Shown piece after piece: positions 32,994 to 43,173 of a DNA stretch of 64,000 bases; within the stretch, counting starts at the first letter, position 1, and the number at the start of each line of letters is the position of its first letter. The notes beneath the pieces are model-generated. The model worked only from the letters and a program-made list of their open reading frames with translations, was not told the origin of the DNA and did no database searches. The stretch covers positions 2,470-66,469 of the forward strand of contig CANRIU010000006.1 of the NCBI GenBank assembly GCA_947630755.1, written 5' to 3'. The DNA is from an uncultured Oscillospiraceae bacterium (GTDB lineage: Bacteria; Bacillota; Clostridia; Oscillospirales; Oscillospiraceae). Position numbers and translations under genes: made by a program.

Positions 32994-33728
32994 TCATATA
33001 TTCAAAAGCGCGGCGAGCCTGTTTGTCTCCACAAGGCGTCTCAGAATGTGGGTGCCGTCCATCACGTCCCTGGGTATAAGCAGTCCCACATACCTGGCAA
33101 AGCACCCAATCACAAGAAGAATGATGAGTCCCCGTATCACCCCGAGGGCAAGTCCCGTCATGTGGTTTAGGTTCTCGTGCCCGGGAAGTCCGAAGGACAG
33201 GTCGAACACGTTGCCTATCACGGTGAATACGATGGCTATCAGAATAAACGCTATGGCCAGGACGGTGACATATGCCGCCCTGTCGCAAAGTCTCTCTGTG
33301 AGCTCCGCGGCCATTGCGCTTGTCACCTTCGGGTGGTTCTCCGCCGTTGCCCGGGCGATGTCCTCCGAGGCGTCGGCTGTGAGGCCCAGCCTCCCAAGCA
33401 CGCCCATGCACACCGTGTACACGTCGAGCCCCTCCCGGTCCTCAAGGCTTATGTCCCTGTCGATTATGGGGATGTCGTCCTCGTCGCCGTTCTCGCTGTC
33501 GCCGCTCATGGTGTTCTCAATGACGCCCACGGCAAAAGGCTGGACCATATCCGAAAGCTCCGTGTAATACGCCGTCGCCACAAGGTTCGCCCCGTAGAGG
33601 GCAATGACAAGGGCGATTATCCACGAAACGCCATTTATTATACCCGTGCGGAAGCCCCGCCAACCGCACAGTCCCACTATCGCCGCAAGGGCAATGTCGA
33701 TTCCGATACTGACCATTATCTCCCCCAT
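32994..33728 (-). CDS. cvpA: CvpA-family membrane protein
   Basis: IDIALAAIVGLCGWRGFRTGIINGVSWIIALVIALY... is typical of a CvpA N-terminus. The start is ambiguous (ATG 33728 or 33716). Confidence 0.8.
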   Translation of the reverse strand: MGEIMVSIGIDIALAAIVGLCGWRGFRTGIINGVSWIIALVIALYGANLVATAYYTELSDMVQPFAVGVIENTMSGDSENGDEDDIPIIDRDISLEDREGLDVYTVCMGVLGRLGLTADASEDIARATAENHPKVTSAMAAELTERLCDRAAYVTVLAIAFILIAIVFTVIGNVFDLSFGLPGHENLNHMTGLALGVIRGLIILLVIGCFARYVGLLIPRDVMDGTHILRRLVETNRLAALLNI

Positions 33729-33749
33729 GCGCCACGCGCAGTGAAATGT

Positions 33750-34865
33750 TTATTCCTCATCCGCCCCGTAGACATAGGCCGAGAAGGTCCCCGCCGCCAG
33801 GACAGTGCCGTCATTGCGCAGTATTACGCGCTCCGCGCCGAAATCGCAGTCCCAGCTCTCCACAAGCTCCAGCTCCGGGGAGTAAACCGACACCCTGCCG
33901 CCGGAGAGCACCGCCTTGCGCTCCCTCGTGACGTCGATGTCCACGGCCTCATCGGCGAGCTCCAGCGAGCCCAGCTCCTCCCCCTCCGGGGAGAAGGACC
34001 TGAGGCTCCTGCCGCCGCCCACCTGAAAATCCGTGAGGGCGAGGACCGTTCCGGTCCTGCCGATGGCGAAGCTCTCAAGATACCGGCCGTCAAACTCCAC
34101 CCGCCAGCGCTCCTCAAGGGACATTCCGAGCCCGATGAGGCTGTCGGTGGAGACGGCGGTTATGCCCGCGTCGGTGAAGCCCGCGTCGATTATAAGCCCG
34201 GGATATGTATATTCCGCCTCCAGCTCCACGCCGGAGAGGTCCATTATCGCAAGGCGGCTGCCCCCGTCGCCGAGGGTGAGGACGAGGAGCTTATCCCTGC
34301 CGGAGACCCTGGCGGAGAGGATCCTGTCCGTGCCCGCGGACCAGCGGTAAATCGCCGTGCCCAGGGAGTTATACACCGTCACCGTGCCCTTGTAGCCCTC
34401 CGCCTCGGTGCAGACGGTGAGATACCCCAGATCGTTGACTCCGGCGGAGATAACGGGCATGTCGGCATTGACCTCGGTTATCATGGCGTCGGGGGTGAAA
34501 AAGAGCACCAGATTCCCGCCCACGTCCCAGGCGGCGCAGTAGTCGCCGGAGGCGCTTGTCGCGGGGTCATGCCAGGTGTGGAGCCTTGAGTAGGCAAGCT
34601 CCCCCTCCTCGTCATAGACGTAGAGCCCGGAGTTTGACGCCACGGCGAGGCCCAGGTCAAGGACCTCCACATCCCCGCCGGAGGCGTTCTCAAAGAAGAA
34701 CTCCGATGTCCCGGTCTCCCCGCGCAGGCTGCGCCAGAAGGAGCGCAGACCGCCCTCCTTCTCGCTTCTGACGGCAAGGGCAACGGCGACCACCGCCGCG
34801 CACAGCAGCAGCACCAGCCCCAGCGCCCGGAGAAAGCCGCTCTTTTTCTTTCGCTTCTCGTCCAT
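33750..34865 (-). CDS. membrane-anchored hypothetical protein, beta-rich ectodomain (DUF5711-like, from memory)
   Basis: MDEKRKKKSGFLRALGLVLLLCAAVVAVALAV signal anchor. The remainder is repetitive and beta-strand-like. Confidence 0.7.
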   Translation of the reverse strand: MDEKRKKKSGFLRALGLVLLLCAAVVAVALAVRSEKEGGLRSFWRSLRGETGTSEFFFENASGGDVEVLDLGLAVASNSGLYVYDEEGELAYSRLHTWHDPATSASGDYCAAWDVGGNLVLFFTPDAMITEVNADMPVISAGVNDLGYLTVCTEAEGYKGTVTVYNSLGTAIYRWSAGTDRILSARVSGRDKLLVLTLGDGGSRLAIMDLSGVELEAEYTYPGLIIDAGFTDAGITAVSTDSLIGLGMSLEERWRVEFDGRYLESFAIGRTGTVLALTDFQVGGGRSLRSFSPEGEELGSLELADEAVDIDVTRERKAVLSGGRVSVYSPELELVESWDCDFGAERVILRNDGTVLAAGTFSAYVYGADEE

Positions 34866-34915
34866 AACGACCTCTTAAACAGCTGAAAGTACACCTAGTA
34901 TCATTGTATCATAGT

Positions 34916-34944
34916 ATTATAGCATATTCGTTAATATTTTGCAA
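34916..34944 (-). promoter_or_regulatory. Sigma-A type promoter (TTGCAA - 17 nt - TATAAT) for the DUF5711-like/cvpA operon
   Basis: The minus strand reads TTGCAA (34944-34939), a 17-nt spacer, then TATAAT (34921-34916). It lies in the A+T-rich spacer after the truA stop. Confidence 0.55.
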
Positions 34945-34945
34945 A

Positions 34946-35725
34946 TTAAGGAGATTTTTCCTCTGTGCCCATCATCCGCCCCACCTCTCCGGGGTACCAG
35001 ACCCTTGAGAGGTAGAGCCCCTGGGGCGGGACCGTGGGCCCGGTGAGGCGGCGGTCCCGGGTCTCGAGAAGCACCGGAAGCTCCTCCGGGTCAAGCTTCC
35101 CCTCGGAGCAGTAAATGACAGTGCCCATTATTGCCCGGACCATATTGTACAAAAAGCCGTTGGCGCAGACCCGCATGGTGATGAGGCTGCCGGAGCTCTC
35201 AATATCGCACCAGTAGATAGTCCGCACCGTGGTTTTCGTCTCAGTGCCCACGCTGCGCACCGCGGCAAAATCGTGGGTCCCCACAAATTTCGCGGCGGCC
35301 TTTTGCATTATGTCAACCTTCAGGGGACTTGGGTAAAAATACGCCCTGTTCCACTCAAAGGGGTCGGGTATGCGGGTGTTGCGTATGCGGTAGACGTACT
35401 CCTTTTTGACGCAGGAAAGTATGGCATTGAAGTCCTCCGGTGCGTCCACGGCGTCCAGGCAGGATATGTCCGCCGGGAGGCGGGAGTTGAGGGCAAGGGG
35501 GAGCCTGTCCGCCGGGATGGAGCAGGAGGACCCGAAATTCGCGCAGTATGAAAGGGCGTGGACCCCGGCGTCTGTGCGCCCGCAGCCGATGAGGCGCGCC
35601 CGCTCCCCGGTGAGCCTGAAGAGCGCGTTCTCCACTGTCTCGGCGACGGTGACATCGTTTTTCTGGACCTGCCAGCCGTGGTAGGCGGTGCCGTCGTAGC
35701 GAAGCTTTATGGCTATATTTCTCAT
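34946..35725 (-). CDS. truA: tRNA pseudouridine(38-40) synthase
   Basis: MRNIAIKLRYDGTAYHGWQVQ...GCGRTDAGVHA catalytic motif. Conserved position after ecfT. Confidence 0.95.
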   Translation of the reverse strand: MRNIAIKLRYDGTAYHGWQVQKNDVTVAETVENALFRLTGERARLIGCGRTDAGVHALSYCANFGSSCSIPADRLPLALNSRLPADISCLDAVDAPEDFNAILSCVKKEYVYRIRNTRIPDPFEWNRAYFYPSPLKVDIMQKAAAKFVGTHDFAAVRSVGTETKTTVRTIYWCDIESSGSLITMRVCANGFLYNMVRAIMGTVIYCSEGKLDPEELPVLLETRDRRLTGPTVPPQGLYLSRVWYPGEVGRMMGTEEKSP

Positions 35726-36543
35726 ATCCCAAACCTTTTCAGCACTATTATCCCCGCGAGGACCAGCACCCCCAGCGTGAGGGCCGTGTAGTCCCTGGCG
35801 GCGAGCCGGAGGACGTTGAGCCGCGTCCTGCCGTCGCCGCCGTGGTAGCAGCGGGCCTCCATGGCGGTGGCCAGCTCGTCCGCCCGGCGGAAGGCGGAGA
35901 GGAACAGCGGGACGAGTATCGGCAGCATGGCTCTGGCCTTCTCGATGAGGTTCCCGGTGTCAAATTCCGCTCCCCGGGCCTTCTGGGCGGACATTATCTT
36001 GTCCGTCTCCTCGATGAGTGTGGGTATGAGCCGGAGGGCCATGCTCATCATCATCGCCAGCTCATGGACTGGGACCTTGAGCTTTTTAAGCGGCGACATC
36101 AGAAGCTCGAGCCCGTAGGTCAGCATTATCGGCGAGGTGGTGTAGGTCAGCATAAACGTGCCCATCACCAGCATGATTATCCGCAGCGCCATAAAGACGG
36201 CGTTCCTCACACCCCCGTCGGTTATGCGGAATATCCAGAACTCTGCCAGCACCTCCCCGGTGCCGTAGAGGAGGTTCAAAATCGATGTGAGAAGGATTAT
36301 GAAAATTAGGGGCTTTAAGCCCTTGAGCATCACGGAGAGCCGTATTTTCGACAGCGCTATGGCCCCCGCGAGGCAGAAAAACGCGATGAGATACCCGGCG
36401 GCGCTGTTCGCGGTGAAGAGGGCCGCGATATATATGACCACGAGGAGTATTTTCGTCCTGGGGTCAAGGCGGTGGACCACTGTGCTCCCGGGGAAATACT
36501 GGCCCAGAGTTATATCCTTAAGCACGGCTCCGCCCCCTCTCAA
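35722..36543 (-). CDS. ecfT: ECF transporter transmembrane (T) component
   Basis: ...ITLGQYFPGSTVVHRLDPRTKIL...ARGAEF... The true start may be GTG 36525. Confidence 0.9.
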   Translation of the reverse strand: MRGGGAVLKDITLGQYFPGSTVVHRLDPRTKILLVVIYIAALFTANSAAGYLIAFFCLAGAIALSKIRLSVMLKGLKPLIFIILLTSILNLLYGTGEVLAEFWIFRITDGGVRNAVFMALRIIMLVMGTFMLTYTTSPIMLTYGLELLMSPLKKLKVPVHELAMMMSMALRLIPTLIEETDKIMSAQKARGAEFDTGNLIEKARAMLPILVPLFLSAFRRADELATAMEARCYHGGDGRTRLNVLRLAARDYTALTLGVLVLAGIIVLKRFGI

Positions 36544-37384
36544 GCGCCATAAGGGCGGCGGTCATCTGCTCCACGGTGTACACTGTGCCGGGAAGCCTGA
36601 CTCCCAGCTTCCGGAGCTTTTCGGCGACATCCGTCATGACCGGGGTCGCAAGGCCCATGGCCCTAAGCTCCGGTCCCCGGGAGAATACCTCCTCGGGCGA
36701 GGCGTCCATTGCGACGCTTCCGTGGTCCAGCACCACCATCCTGTCCGCGTGGCGGGCGGCCTCCTCCATGGAGTGGGTGACAATGACTATGGCGGCCCCG
36801 GTGCTGTCGTGGTAGCTTAAGATGTTCTCCATTATGCTCCTGCACCCCTCGGGGTCCAGCCCCGCCATGGGCTCGTCAAGGACAAGGACCTCCGGCATCA
36901 TGGCTATTACGCCCGCTATCGCCACCCGGCGCTTCTGCCCGCCGGACAGCTCAAATGGCGAGCGGTCAAGGAGCTCCTCCTCCACCCCGGCAAAATGGGC
37001 GGCCTCCAGCACGCGCCTTTCGATCTCCTCCTCAGAAAGCTTCATGTTCCGGGGGCCGAAGGATATGTCCTTTCGGACAGTCTCCTCAAAAAGCTGGTAC
37101 TCCGGGTACTGGAACACCAGCCCCACACGGCTGCGCGCCTCACGGATGGACTTTTTGGACTCAAAAATGTCCCGCCCGTCAAGGAGCACCCGCCCGGAGG
37201 TGGGCTTCACGAGGGCGTTCAGGTGCTGTATGAGGGTGGACTTTCCGGACCCGGTGTGCCCGATGACGCCGAGTATCTCGCCCTTATATATGTCAATGCT
37301 TGCGTTCCTCACCGCGGTGAGCTCAAAGGGCGTACCCGGCGAGTAGACGTGTGTCAGATTTTCCGTTCTTAAAATTGGTTCCAT
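36518..37384 (-). CDS. ecfA2: ECF transporter ATPase component A2
   Basis: GHTGSGKSTL, LSGGQKRRVAIAGV, LVLDEPMAGLD. Second ATPase gene of the ecfA1-ecfA2-ecfT order. Confidence 0.9.
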   Translation of the reverse strand: MEPILRTENLTHVYSPGTPFELTAVRNASIDIYKGEILGVIGHTGSGKSTLIQHLNALVKPTSGRVLLDGRDIFESKKSIREARSRVGLVFQYPEYQLFEETVRKDISFGPRNMKLSEEEIERRVLEAAHFAGVEEELLDRSPFELSGGQKRRVAIAGVIAMMPEVLVLDEPMAGLDPEGCRSIMENILSYHDSTGAAIVIVTHSMEEAARHADRMVVLDHGSVAMDASPEEVFSRGPELRAMGLATPVMTDVAEKLRKLGVRLPGTVYTVEQMTAALMALERGRSRA

Positions 37385-37522
37385 GTTACTCCTCTTCGGT
37401 GAAGCTCCTTTTCGGATGCCTCCCTTTTTCGCTGCGAAAGCTGCTCTGCCCCTCCCCGCGGCGCACGATTTGCCGAGGGGCGCAGGCTCTCCACCAGGGT
37501 CCGGCGGTCCACGCTGCGGCGC

Positions 37523-38380
37523 TTATGCCTTAAAGTGATTTGCCAGAGCCTCGGCGCACTCGTCAACGCTAAGCGCCGCCAGGGGCACGTCCACGCCCTG
37601 GCGCCGGAGCTCGTACATGAGCCGGACCGTGCCGGGGACGGAGAGGCCAAGAGCGTCCAGCTCCTCCACCCTGACGAACACCTCCCTGGGTGTGCCGTCC
37701 ATGACCACCCTTCCGTCGGACATGACCACCACCCGGTCGGCCCTCGCCGCCTCCTCCATGTGGTGGGTTATGAGTATCACCGTGGAGCCGTACTCCCGGC
37801 GGAGCTTTTCAATTATGTCCATCACGTCCCGCCGGCCCCTGGGGTCAAGCATCGCCGTGGGCTCGTCAAATACGACGCACTCCGGGCGCATGGCGAGGAC
37901 CCCCGCTATGGCTATCCGCTGCTTCTGCCCGCCGGAGAGAAGGTGCGGGGCGTGGGTGCGGAACTCATACATCCCCACCATCTTCAGCGCCTCGTCCACG
38001 CGGCTTCGTATCTCATCCGTGGGCACGCCGAGATTCTCCGGGGCGAAGGCCACGTCCTCCTCCACCACGTTGGAGACTATCTGGTTGTCGGGGTTTTGAA
38101 ATACCATCCCCACGCGCCTTCGAATCTCCAGCGTAAGCTCCTCGGCCTTCGTGTCCATGCCGAAGACGCTGACGCTCCCGCCCTTGGGCAGCAGCAGCGC
38201 GTTTATGTGCCGGGCGAGGGTGGATTTTCCGGACCCGTTGTGGCCGAGCACAGCCACAAATGAGCCCCTCTCGATTTCCAGCGACACCCTGTCCAGCACG
38301 TCCTGCGGAGGGGCGCCGTCCCCCTCCGCGGAGTTGTAGAAGAACGTGAGGTCGTCTATTTTTATCGCCGTTTTATCCAT
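37523..38380 (-). CDS. ecfA1: ECF transporter ATPase component A1
   Basis: GHNGSGKSTL, LSGGQKQRIAIAGV, VVFDEPTAMLD. Confidence 0.9.
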   Translation of the reverse strand: MDKTAIKIDDLTFFYNSAEGDGAPPQDVLDRVSLEIERGSFVAVLGHNGSGKSTLARHINALLLPKGGSVSVFGMDTKAEELTLEIRRRVGMVFQNPDNQIVSNVVEEDVAFAPENLGVPTDEIRSRVDEALKMVGMYEFRTHAPHLLSGGQKQRIAIAGVLAMRPECVVFDEPTAMLDPRGRRDVMDIIEKLRREYGSTVILITHHMEEAARADRVVVMSDGRVVMDGTPREVFVRVEELDALGLSVPGTVRLMYELRRQGVDVPLAALSVDECAEALANHFKA

Positions 38381-38432
38381 ATTCTGCTCCGTAAATTACA
38401 TACGTTTGTGTCAAACTCAGGCCCCGGGCCTC

Positions 38433-39290
38433 TCAAAACTCCATCCTGCAGGCGGCGCCGCAGGGGAGGCTCAGACGGGTAGCCGTCACGGGGAGCCCCA
38501 GCTCCTGATTTTCCGCGTGCCCGCCCCTCCCGGCAAAGGCTGTCAGGGCGGCGTAGCCGATGGTGGAGGCGGAGAGCCCCGTGGTGTAGGAGCTTATCAG
38601 CACGAAAAGGGGCTTATCCGACAGCACCCCGGCGCACAGCCTTAAAAACGGCGCAAGGCTCGTCTCCAGCTTCCATATCTCTCCCCCGGGTCCACGCCCG
38701 TAGCTGGGCGGGTCCATGATGAGGGCGTCGTACCTGTGCCCCCGGCGGATCTCCCGCTCCACGAATTTGGCGCAGTCGTCAACTATCCACCTGACCTTGG
38801 CGTCCGCCACCCCGGAGGAGGCGGCGTTCTCCTTCGCCCACTGGACCATGCCCCGCGCCGCGTCCACATGGCATACGCTGGCCCCGGCCTTCAGCGCCGC
38901 GACAGTTGCAGCGCCGGTGTAGGCGAAGAGGTTCAGCACGGAGATATTCCTTCCGGCGGAGCGTATCTTCTCCGCCGCCCAGTCCCAGTTTGATGCCTGC
39001 TCCGGGAAAAGGCCGGTGTGCTTAAAGTTCATGGGCTTTACGTTGAAGGTGAGGTCCCTGTATTTGACCTGCCAGGACCCCACATCGTTCCTGTTGTCCC
39101 AGGCCCCGCCGCCTGTGCTGGAGCGCTGATACCTGGCGTCGGCCTCCCGCCAGCGCCTGTCACGCCGGGGCGTGTCCCATATGACCTGTGGGTCGGGGCG
39201 GATGAGTATCCTGTCCCCCCACCGCTCCAGCCGCTCCCCCGAGGTGCAGTCGATGAGCTCGTAATCTCTCCACTTGTCAGCAGACCACAT
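38433..39290 (-). CDS. class I SAM-dependent (rRNA-type, RlmI/RlmK-C-like) methyltransferase
   Basis: ...HTGLFPEQ...VLNLFAYTGAATVAA...DALIMDPPSYGRG... Confidence 0.8.
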   Translation of the reverse strand: MWSADKWRDYELIDCTSGERLERWGDRILIRPDPQVIWDTPRRDRRWREADARYQRSSTGGGAWDNRNDVGSWQVKYRDLTFNVKPMNFKHTGLFPEQASNWDWAAEKIRSAGRNISVLNLFAYTGAATVAALKAGASVCHVDAARGMVQWAKENAASSGVADAKVRWIVDDCAKFVEREIRRGHRYDALIMDPPSYGRGPGGEIWKLETSLAPFLRLCAGVLSDKPLFVLISSYTTGLSASTIGYAALTAFAGRGGHAENQELGLPVTATRLSLPCGAACRMEF

Positions 39291-39425
39291 AGATTTTCTC
39301 CACCATTTGACAATTAATTTCCAATATATATTAGATTGCTCTAAAGATATAGAATAACATTTTTGTACTTTAAAGTCAACTGTCCGAATTAGACCTTATT
39401 TTCCTCAAAAAAGTTATAAAAAATG

Positions 39426-39454
39426 TTGATTTTGTCCTAAAACAGGTGTATTAT
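39426..39454 (+). promoter_or_regulatory. Sigma-A type promoter (TTGATT - 17 nt - TATTAT)
   Basis: TTGATT 39426-39431 and TATTAT 39449-39454, preceded by TG. 22 nt upstream of ATG 39477 (AAGGGG SD). Confidence 0.45.
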
Positions 39455-39476
39455 TTATTTCTAAGGGGCTGATTTT

Positions 39477-39998
39477 ATGCTTTTGGAGTTTACCGAATTA
39501 TCTCACCTTGACAAAAATAAGCTGATGCAGGTATACCTTGAGGGCAACCGCATCAACGCCGACAGCCTCTATCCACATCTCACGGACAGGCGCTTCGCGC
39601 TGAAGCTGGCGGAGCGCGATTTTATTGATTACCTGTCAAGATACTTCCTCCGTCCCGGGCGGGCGTACATGGTCCAGGCCGAGGACGGCGTGTGGCTCAG
39701 CGCACTGAGGCTGAGCCGTGTCTACCCGGAGCTGTACTACATAGAGGCGCTGGAGACGCGCCCGGACCGCCGTGGAGAGGGCCACGCGGCTCAGCTTCTG
39801 AAAAACGTGGTCACGCTTCTCAAAACCCGCGGGCCCTTTGTGCTCCGGGACTGCGTCAGCAAGAGCAACACGCCCTCCATCCGCGCCCACCAGAAGGCCG
39901 GGTTCACGGTATACTGCGAGCCGGGCTTTGACTACCTTGCAAAGGAGAGCCACTCCGGCTCCATGGGCATGGAGTACCGCTCCGGCGGCGGGACGTGA
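39477..39998 (+). CDS. GNAT-family N-acetyltransferase
   Basis: ...IEALETRPDRRGEGHAAQLL... (R/Q-x-x-G-x-G/A acetyl-CoA motif). 173 aa. Confidence 0.75.
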   Translation: MLLEFTELSHLDKNKLMQVYLEGNRINADSLYPHLTDRRFALKLAERDFIDYLSRYFLRPGRAYMVQAEDGVWLSALRLSRVYPELYYIEALETRPDRRGEGHAAQLLKNVVTLLKTRGPFVLRDCVSKSNTPSIRAHQKAGFTVYCEPGFDYLAKESHSGSMGMEYRSGGGT

Positions 39999-40087
39999 GC
40001 AGCGGCGTCCTTAAGCTCCGCTGATACTGTTCCCCAGAAGTATTATTCCGGCGGGATGCGCGCCGGAAAGCATACCCGCACGCATTT

Positions 40088-40117
40088 GGCGGCAGGCGTA
40101 AGCCTGCCGCCGTTTTT
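40088..40117 (+). terminator. intrinsic terminator (also 10 nt downstream of the convergent metH stop)
   Basis: GGCGGCAGGC-GTAA-GCCTGCCGCC followed by GTTTTTC. Confidence 0.7.
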
Positions 40118-40127
40118 CATTATTCCG

Positions 40128-42473
40128 TCAATTTCCGAAAACCGCCGCTGCTATGCGGGCGGACTCCTGGGCGTCCTTCGCGTAGAAGTCCGCGCCCACG
40201 AGCTTCGCGTACTCCTCATTGAGCACCGCGCCGCCCACCATGACCTTGCAGTCCGCGCCGGAGCTTTTGAGCAGCGCTATGGTGTCCGCCATGCTCTTCA
40301 CCGTGGTGGTCATGAGGGCCGAGAGTCCCACGAGCCGGATGCCCTCGCGTTTTACAGTCTCCACAACAAGCTCCGGGGGCACGTCCCGCCCCAGGTCTAT
40401 GATCTCATAGCCGTAATTAGAGAGGAGCATCTTCACGATGTTCTTCCCGATGTCGTGTATGTCGCCCTTCACCGTGGCGAGAAGTATCCGCCCCTTGCTT
40501 GTCACCTCGCCGGACCCGGCACGGTCGCGTATCACGTCGAAGCCCAGCTTCACCGTCTCCGCCGAGGCCATGAGCTGGGGAAGGAAGAACTCCCCCCGCT
40601 CGAATTTGTCCCCGGCGGCGTTGATGGCGGGGATGAGAAGGCCGTTTATGACCTCCATGGGCCCAGAATTTTCAAGGGCCTCCCGCACCGCGTCACAGAT
40701 GAGGTTCTTTCTGCCGGAGAGGACGATTTGCGTTATGTCAACCTTCTCACCCGCTCCGGGCACGGGGGCGGCCTCAGAGGGGACGGCGGCGAATTTCTCA
40801 ATGAACTTTGCGGCGCCCCGGTCCTCGCCGGAGAGCACCCGCCAGGAGTACACCACGTCCATGTACCGCTTTGACAGCGGGTTCAGTATGGGCATCTTCA
40901 GCCCCAGGGCGAAGGCGTTTGCAAGGAAGGTGGAGTTTATCGCGTCCCTGCCGGGGAGGCCGAAGGATATGTTGCTCACCCCGAGGACCGTGTGGAGGCG
41001 CAGCTTCTCCGTCACAAGCCCCACGGCCCTCAGCGTCTCCCGGGCCAGATCCTGATTCGTGGACACCGTCATGGTGAGGCAGTCTATTAGCACATCCTCC
41101 CGGGGGATGCCGTACTCAAGGACCCTCTCAAGTATCCTCTCCGCGATTTTAAGCCTCCCCTCCGCCGTCTCCGGGATGCCGTTTTCGTCAAGGGTGAGGC
41201 CAACCACGGCGGCGCCGTATTTTTTCGCAATGGGCAGGATGGCGGAAAGGCTCTCCTCCCTGCCGTTTACGGAGTTTATTATCGGCTTTCCCGCGTATAC
41301 CCGGCAGGCGCTCTCCAGAGCCGCGGGGTCGGAGCTGTCTATCTGAAGGGGAAGCCCCGTCACGGCCTGGAGCTCCCGCACAAGGCGCGTCAGCACCGCC
41401 GGCTCGTCAATCTCCGGAAGCCCGGCGTTTACGTCGAGGACGTCCGCCCCGGCCTCCTCCTGGGATATGGCCTCCCCGAGGATGTAGCCAAGGTCCCCGG
41501 TCCGCAGGGCCTGCTTCACCTTCTTCTTTCCCGTTGGGTTTACGCGCTCGCCAATCACGGCGACGCCGAGATCCGGGCAGACAAGGCTCCTCGCGCTGGT
41601 GAATACGCTCCGGCGGGGAGGCCGGGGACGTTTGGCGGTCCTGCGCTCCATCTCCCGGCGGAGGACCGCGATGTGCTCCGGCGTCGTGCCGCAGCACCCG
41701 CCCGCAACCGTCACCCCCGCGTCGAGAAGCCGCCCCATCACGGTGGCAAACTCCTCCGGCCCCACCAGGTAGACGGTTTTGCCGTCCCGGACCTCGGGAA
41801 GCCCGGCGTTGGGCTGGACCACCACGGGCACGGTGGACCACTTGAGCATCTCCAGCGCGAAGGGCTCCGTCTCCGCGGGGCCAAGGGAGCAGTTTATCCC
41901 CACACCGTCAGCCCCGAGGGCGGAGAGCGTGGCAGCCGCGATTGCGGGGCTCGTCCCCAGAAATGTCCGCCCGTCACCCATGAAGGTCATGGTGACGTAT
42001 ACCGGAAGATCGCAGCTCTCCTTCACGGCAAGAAGCGCGGCCTTTGCCTCAAGAAGGTCGGACATCGTCTCTATAAGCACCAGGTCCGCCCCCGCCTCGG
42101 CCCCCGCCTCGGCCTGCTCTTTGAAAAGAGCGTATGCCTCCTCAAAGCTCATGGTCCCCATTGGCTCCAAAAGCGCCCCAGTGGGGCCGATGTCCAGGGC
42201 GACCTTCGGCGCTCCGGCCTTCCTTGCAAGGTCTATCCCCGCCCTTATGACCTCCCGGACGCTCCCGGCGCTGCCCAGCTTTTTTGAGTTCGCGCCGAAG
42301 GTGTTGGCGGTGATTATCTCCGCCCCGGCGTTTACATAATCCCGGTGTACCGAGCACACCAGCTCCGGGTCCGAAAGATTCAGAAGCTCCGGAAGCCCAC
42401 CGGGCTTAAGTCCGCGTTTTTGAAGCTCCGTGCCCATTCCGCCGTCGATAAGGGTAAATCCGTTAACCGCCAC
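40128..42473 (-). CDS. metH: cobalamin-dependent methionine synthase, short form (Hcy-binding + pterin-binding + B12-binding; no reactivation domain)
   Basis: 781 aa. N-terminal LIDGGMGTELQKRG. Pterin module. GDIHDIGKNIV (DxHxxG) B12 motif near the C-terminus. Confidence 0.9.
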   Translation of the reverse strand: MAVNGFTLIDGGMGTELQKRGLKPGGLPELLNLSDPELVCSVHRDYVNAGAEIITANTFGANSKKLGSAGSVREVIRAGIDLARKAGAPKVALDIGPTGALLEPMGTMSFEEAYALFKEQAEAGAEAGADLVLIETMSDLLEAKAALLAVKESCDLPVYVTMTFMGDGRTFLGTSPAIAAATLSALGADGVGINCSLGPAETEPFALEMLKWSTVPVVVQPNAGLPEVRDGKTVYLVGPEEFATVMGRLLDAGVTVAGGCCGTTPEHIAVLRREMERRTAKRPRPPRRSVFTSARSLVCPDLGVAVIGERVNPTGKKKVKQALRTGDLGYILGEAISQEEAGADVLDVNAGLPEIDEPAVLTRLVRELQAVTGLPLQIDSSDPAALESACRVYAGKPIINSVNGREESLSAILPIAKKYGAAVVGLTLDENGIPETAEGRLKIAERILERVLEYGIPREDVLIDCLTMTVSTNQDLARETLRAVGLVTEKLRLHTVLGVSNISFGLPGRDAINSTFLANAFALGLKMPILNPLSKRYMDVVYSWRVLSGEDRGAAKFIEKFAAVPSEAAPVPGAGEKVDITQIVLSGRKNLICDAVREALENSGPMEVINGLLIPAINAAGDKFERGEFFLPQLMASAETVKLGFDVIRDRAGSGEVTSKGRILLATVKGDIHDIGKNIVKMLLSNYGYEIIDLGRDVPPELVVETVKREGIRLVGLSALMTTTVKSMADTIALLKSSGADCKVMVGGAVLNEEYAKLVGADFYAKDAQESARIAAAVFGN

Positions 42474-43173
42474 AGCCGAAGCCCTCCTTCCGAAATTCGC
42501 AGTTTACATAATTTTCGCAGGTCTCGCAGGTCGTCCCGCCCCGCCGCACCCCGGCGGCCTCGGGGTAAAGGCCGATGAGGGCCGAGACGCTCTTGCGCGG
42601 CAGCATCAGAAAGCTGTCCGTCAGGGTGATGCCGAGCCTCCCCCCGGCGTCCACGGCGTCAAGCACCTGGCGCTGGCACTCAAGGGGGAAGTCGCCGTAG
42701 CCGGGGCTGTAACGGTAGGATGTCTGAAGCCCCATCGAGCGCGCAAAGCCGATTATCTCCCTCTCGCACTCATCTCCGGCGCTCTCAATCAAGGCCGTGC
42801 AGGCGGCGTTATAAATCGTCTCGTCGGTGGTGGACCTCTGTCCCAGGCGCATGAGCGCCCGCTCCGCCTCAAAGCCCAGAGTCGCCGCCATCACGGCGCA
42901 CTTCACCGCCCCATGGAGGTGTCTTTTTATGTCCTCCCCCTCCGGCGCAAGCTCCGGACCGCAAAGGACGGGGCCGTTCTGCGTCTCCCGGAGGTCAAAT
43001 ACCTCCCAGACGTACCTCGGCTCCAGCTCCGTCACGCACTTTTCGGTGATTATCCTTATCCTCTCGTCCAGCTCCCCGTCCAGCTCCTGCCCTCGGTAGC
43101 CCAGGTACCTCAGAACCTCCGACCGCTCCACCGCAAGCTCAGAACCCGGCTTGACGCAGCGCTCCCATCTCAT
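42463..43173 (-). CDS. methionine synthase reactivation (AdoMet-binding) domain protein, encoded separately
   Basis: ...EVLRYLGYRGQ... is typical of the stand-alone activation-domain family. GGAGGTG lies 7 nt upstream of ATG 43173. Overlaps metF by 35 nt and metH by 11 nt. Confidence 0.75.
   Translation of the reverse strand: MRWERCVKPGSELAVERSEVLRYLGYRGQELDGELDERIRIITEKCVTELEPRYVWEVFDLRETQNGPVLCGPELAPEGEDIKRHLHGAVKCAVMAATLGFEAERALMRLGQRSTTDETIYNAACTALIESAGDECEREIIGFARSMGLQTSYRYSPGYGDFPLECQRQVLDAVDAGGRLGITLTDSFLMLPRKSVSALIGLYPEAAGVRRGGTTCETCENYVNCEFRKEGFGCGG

Noticed and set aside
37385-37522. An unusual 138-bp gap between ecfA1 and ecfA2, which usually abut, might hide a small gene or RNA.
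   Set aside because: There is no ATG/GTG-initiated ORF with an SD, no convincing hairpin or terminator, and no repeat. EcfA1 and EcfA2 both look full length. It is left as an unexplained spacer of low interest.
40128-43173. MetH appears truncated (781 aa, no reactivation domain), so it might be a pseudogene.
   Set aside because: The reactivation domain is encoded as a separate upstream gene (42463..43173) next to metF. This is a known split arrangement in anaerobic Firmicutes and Thermotogae, and all three modules in metH look intact.
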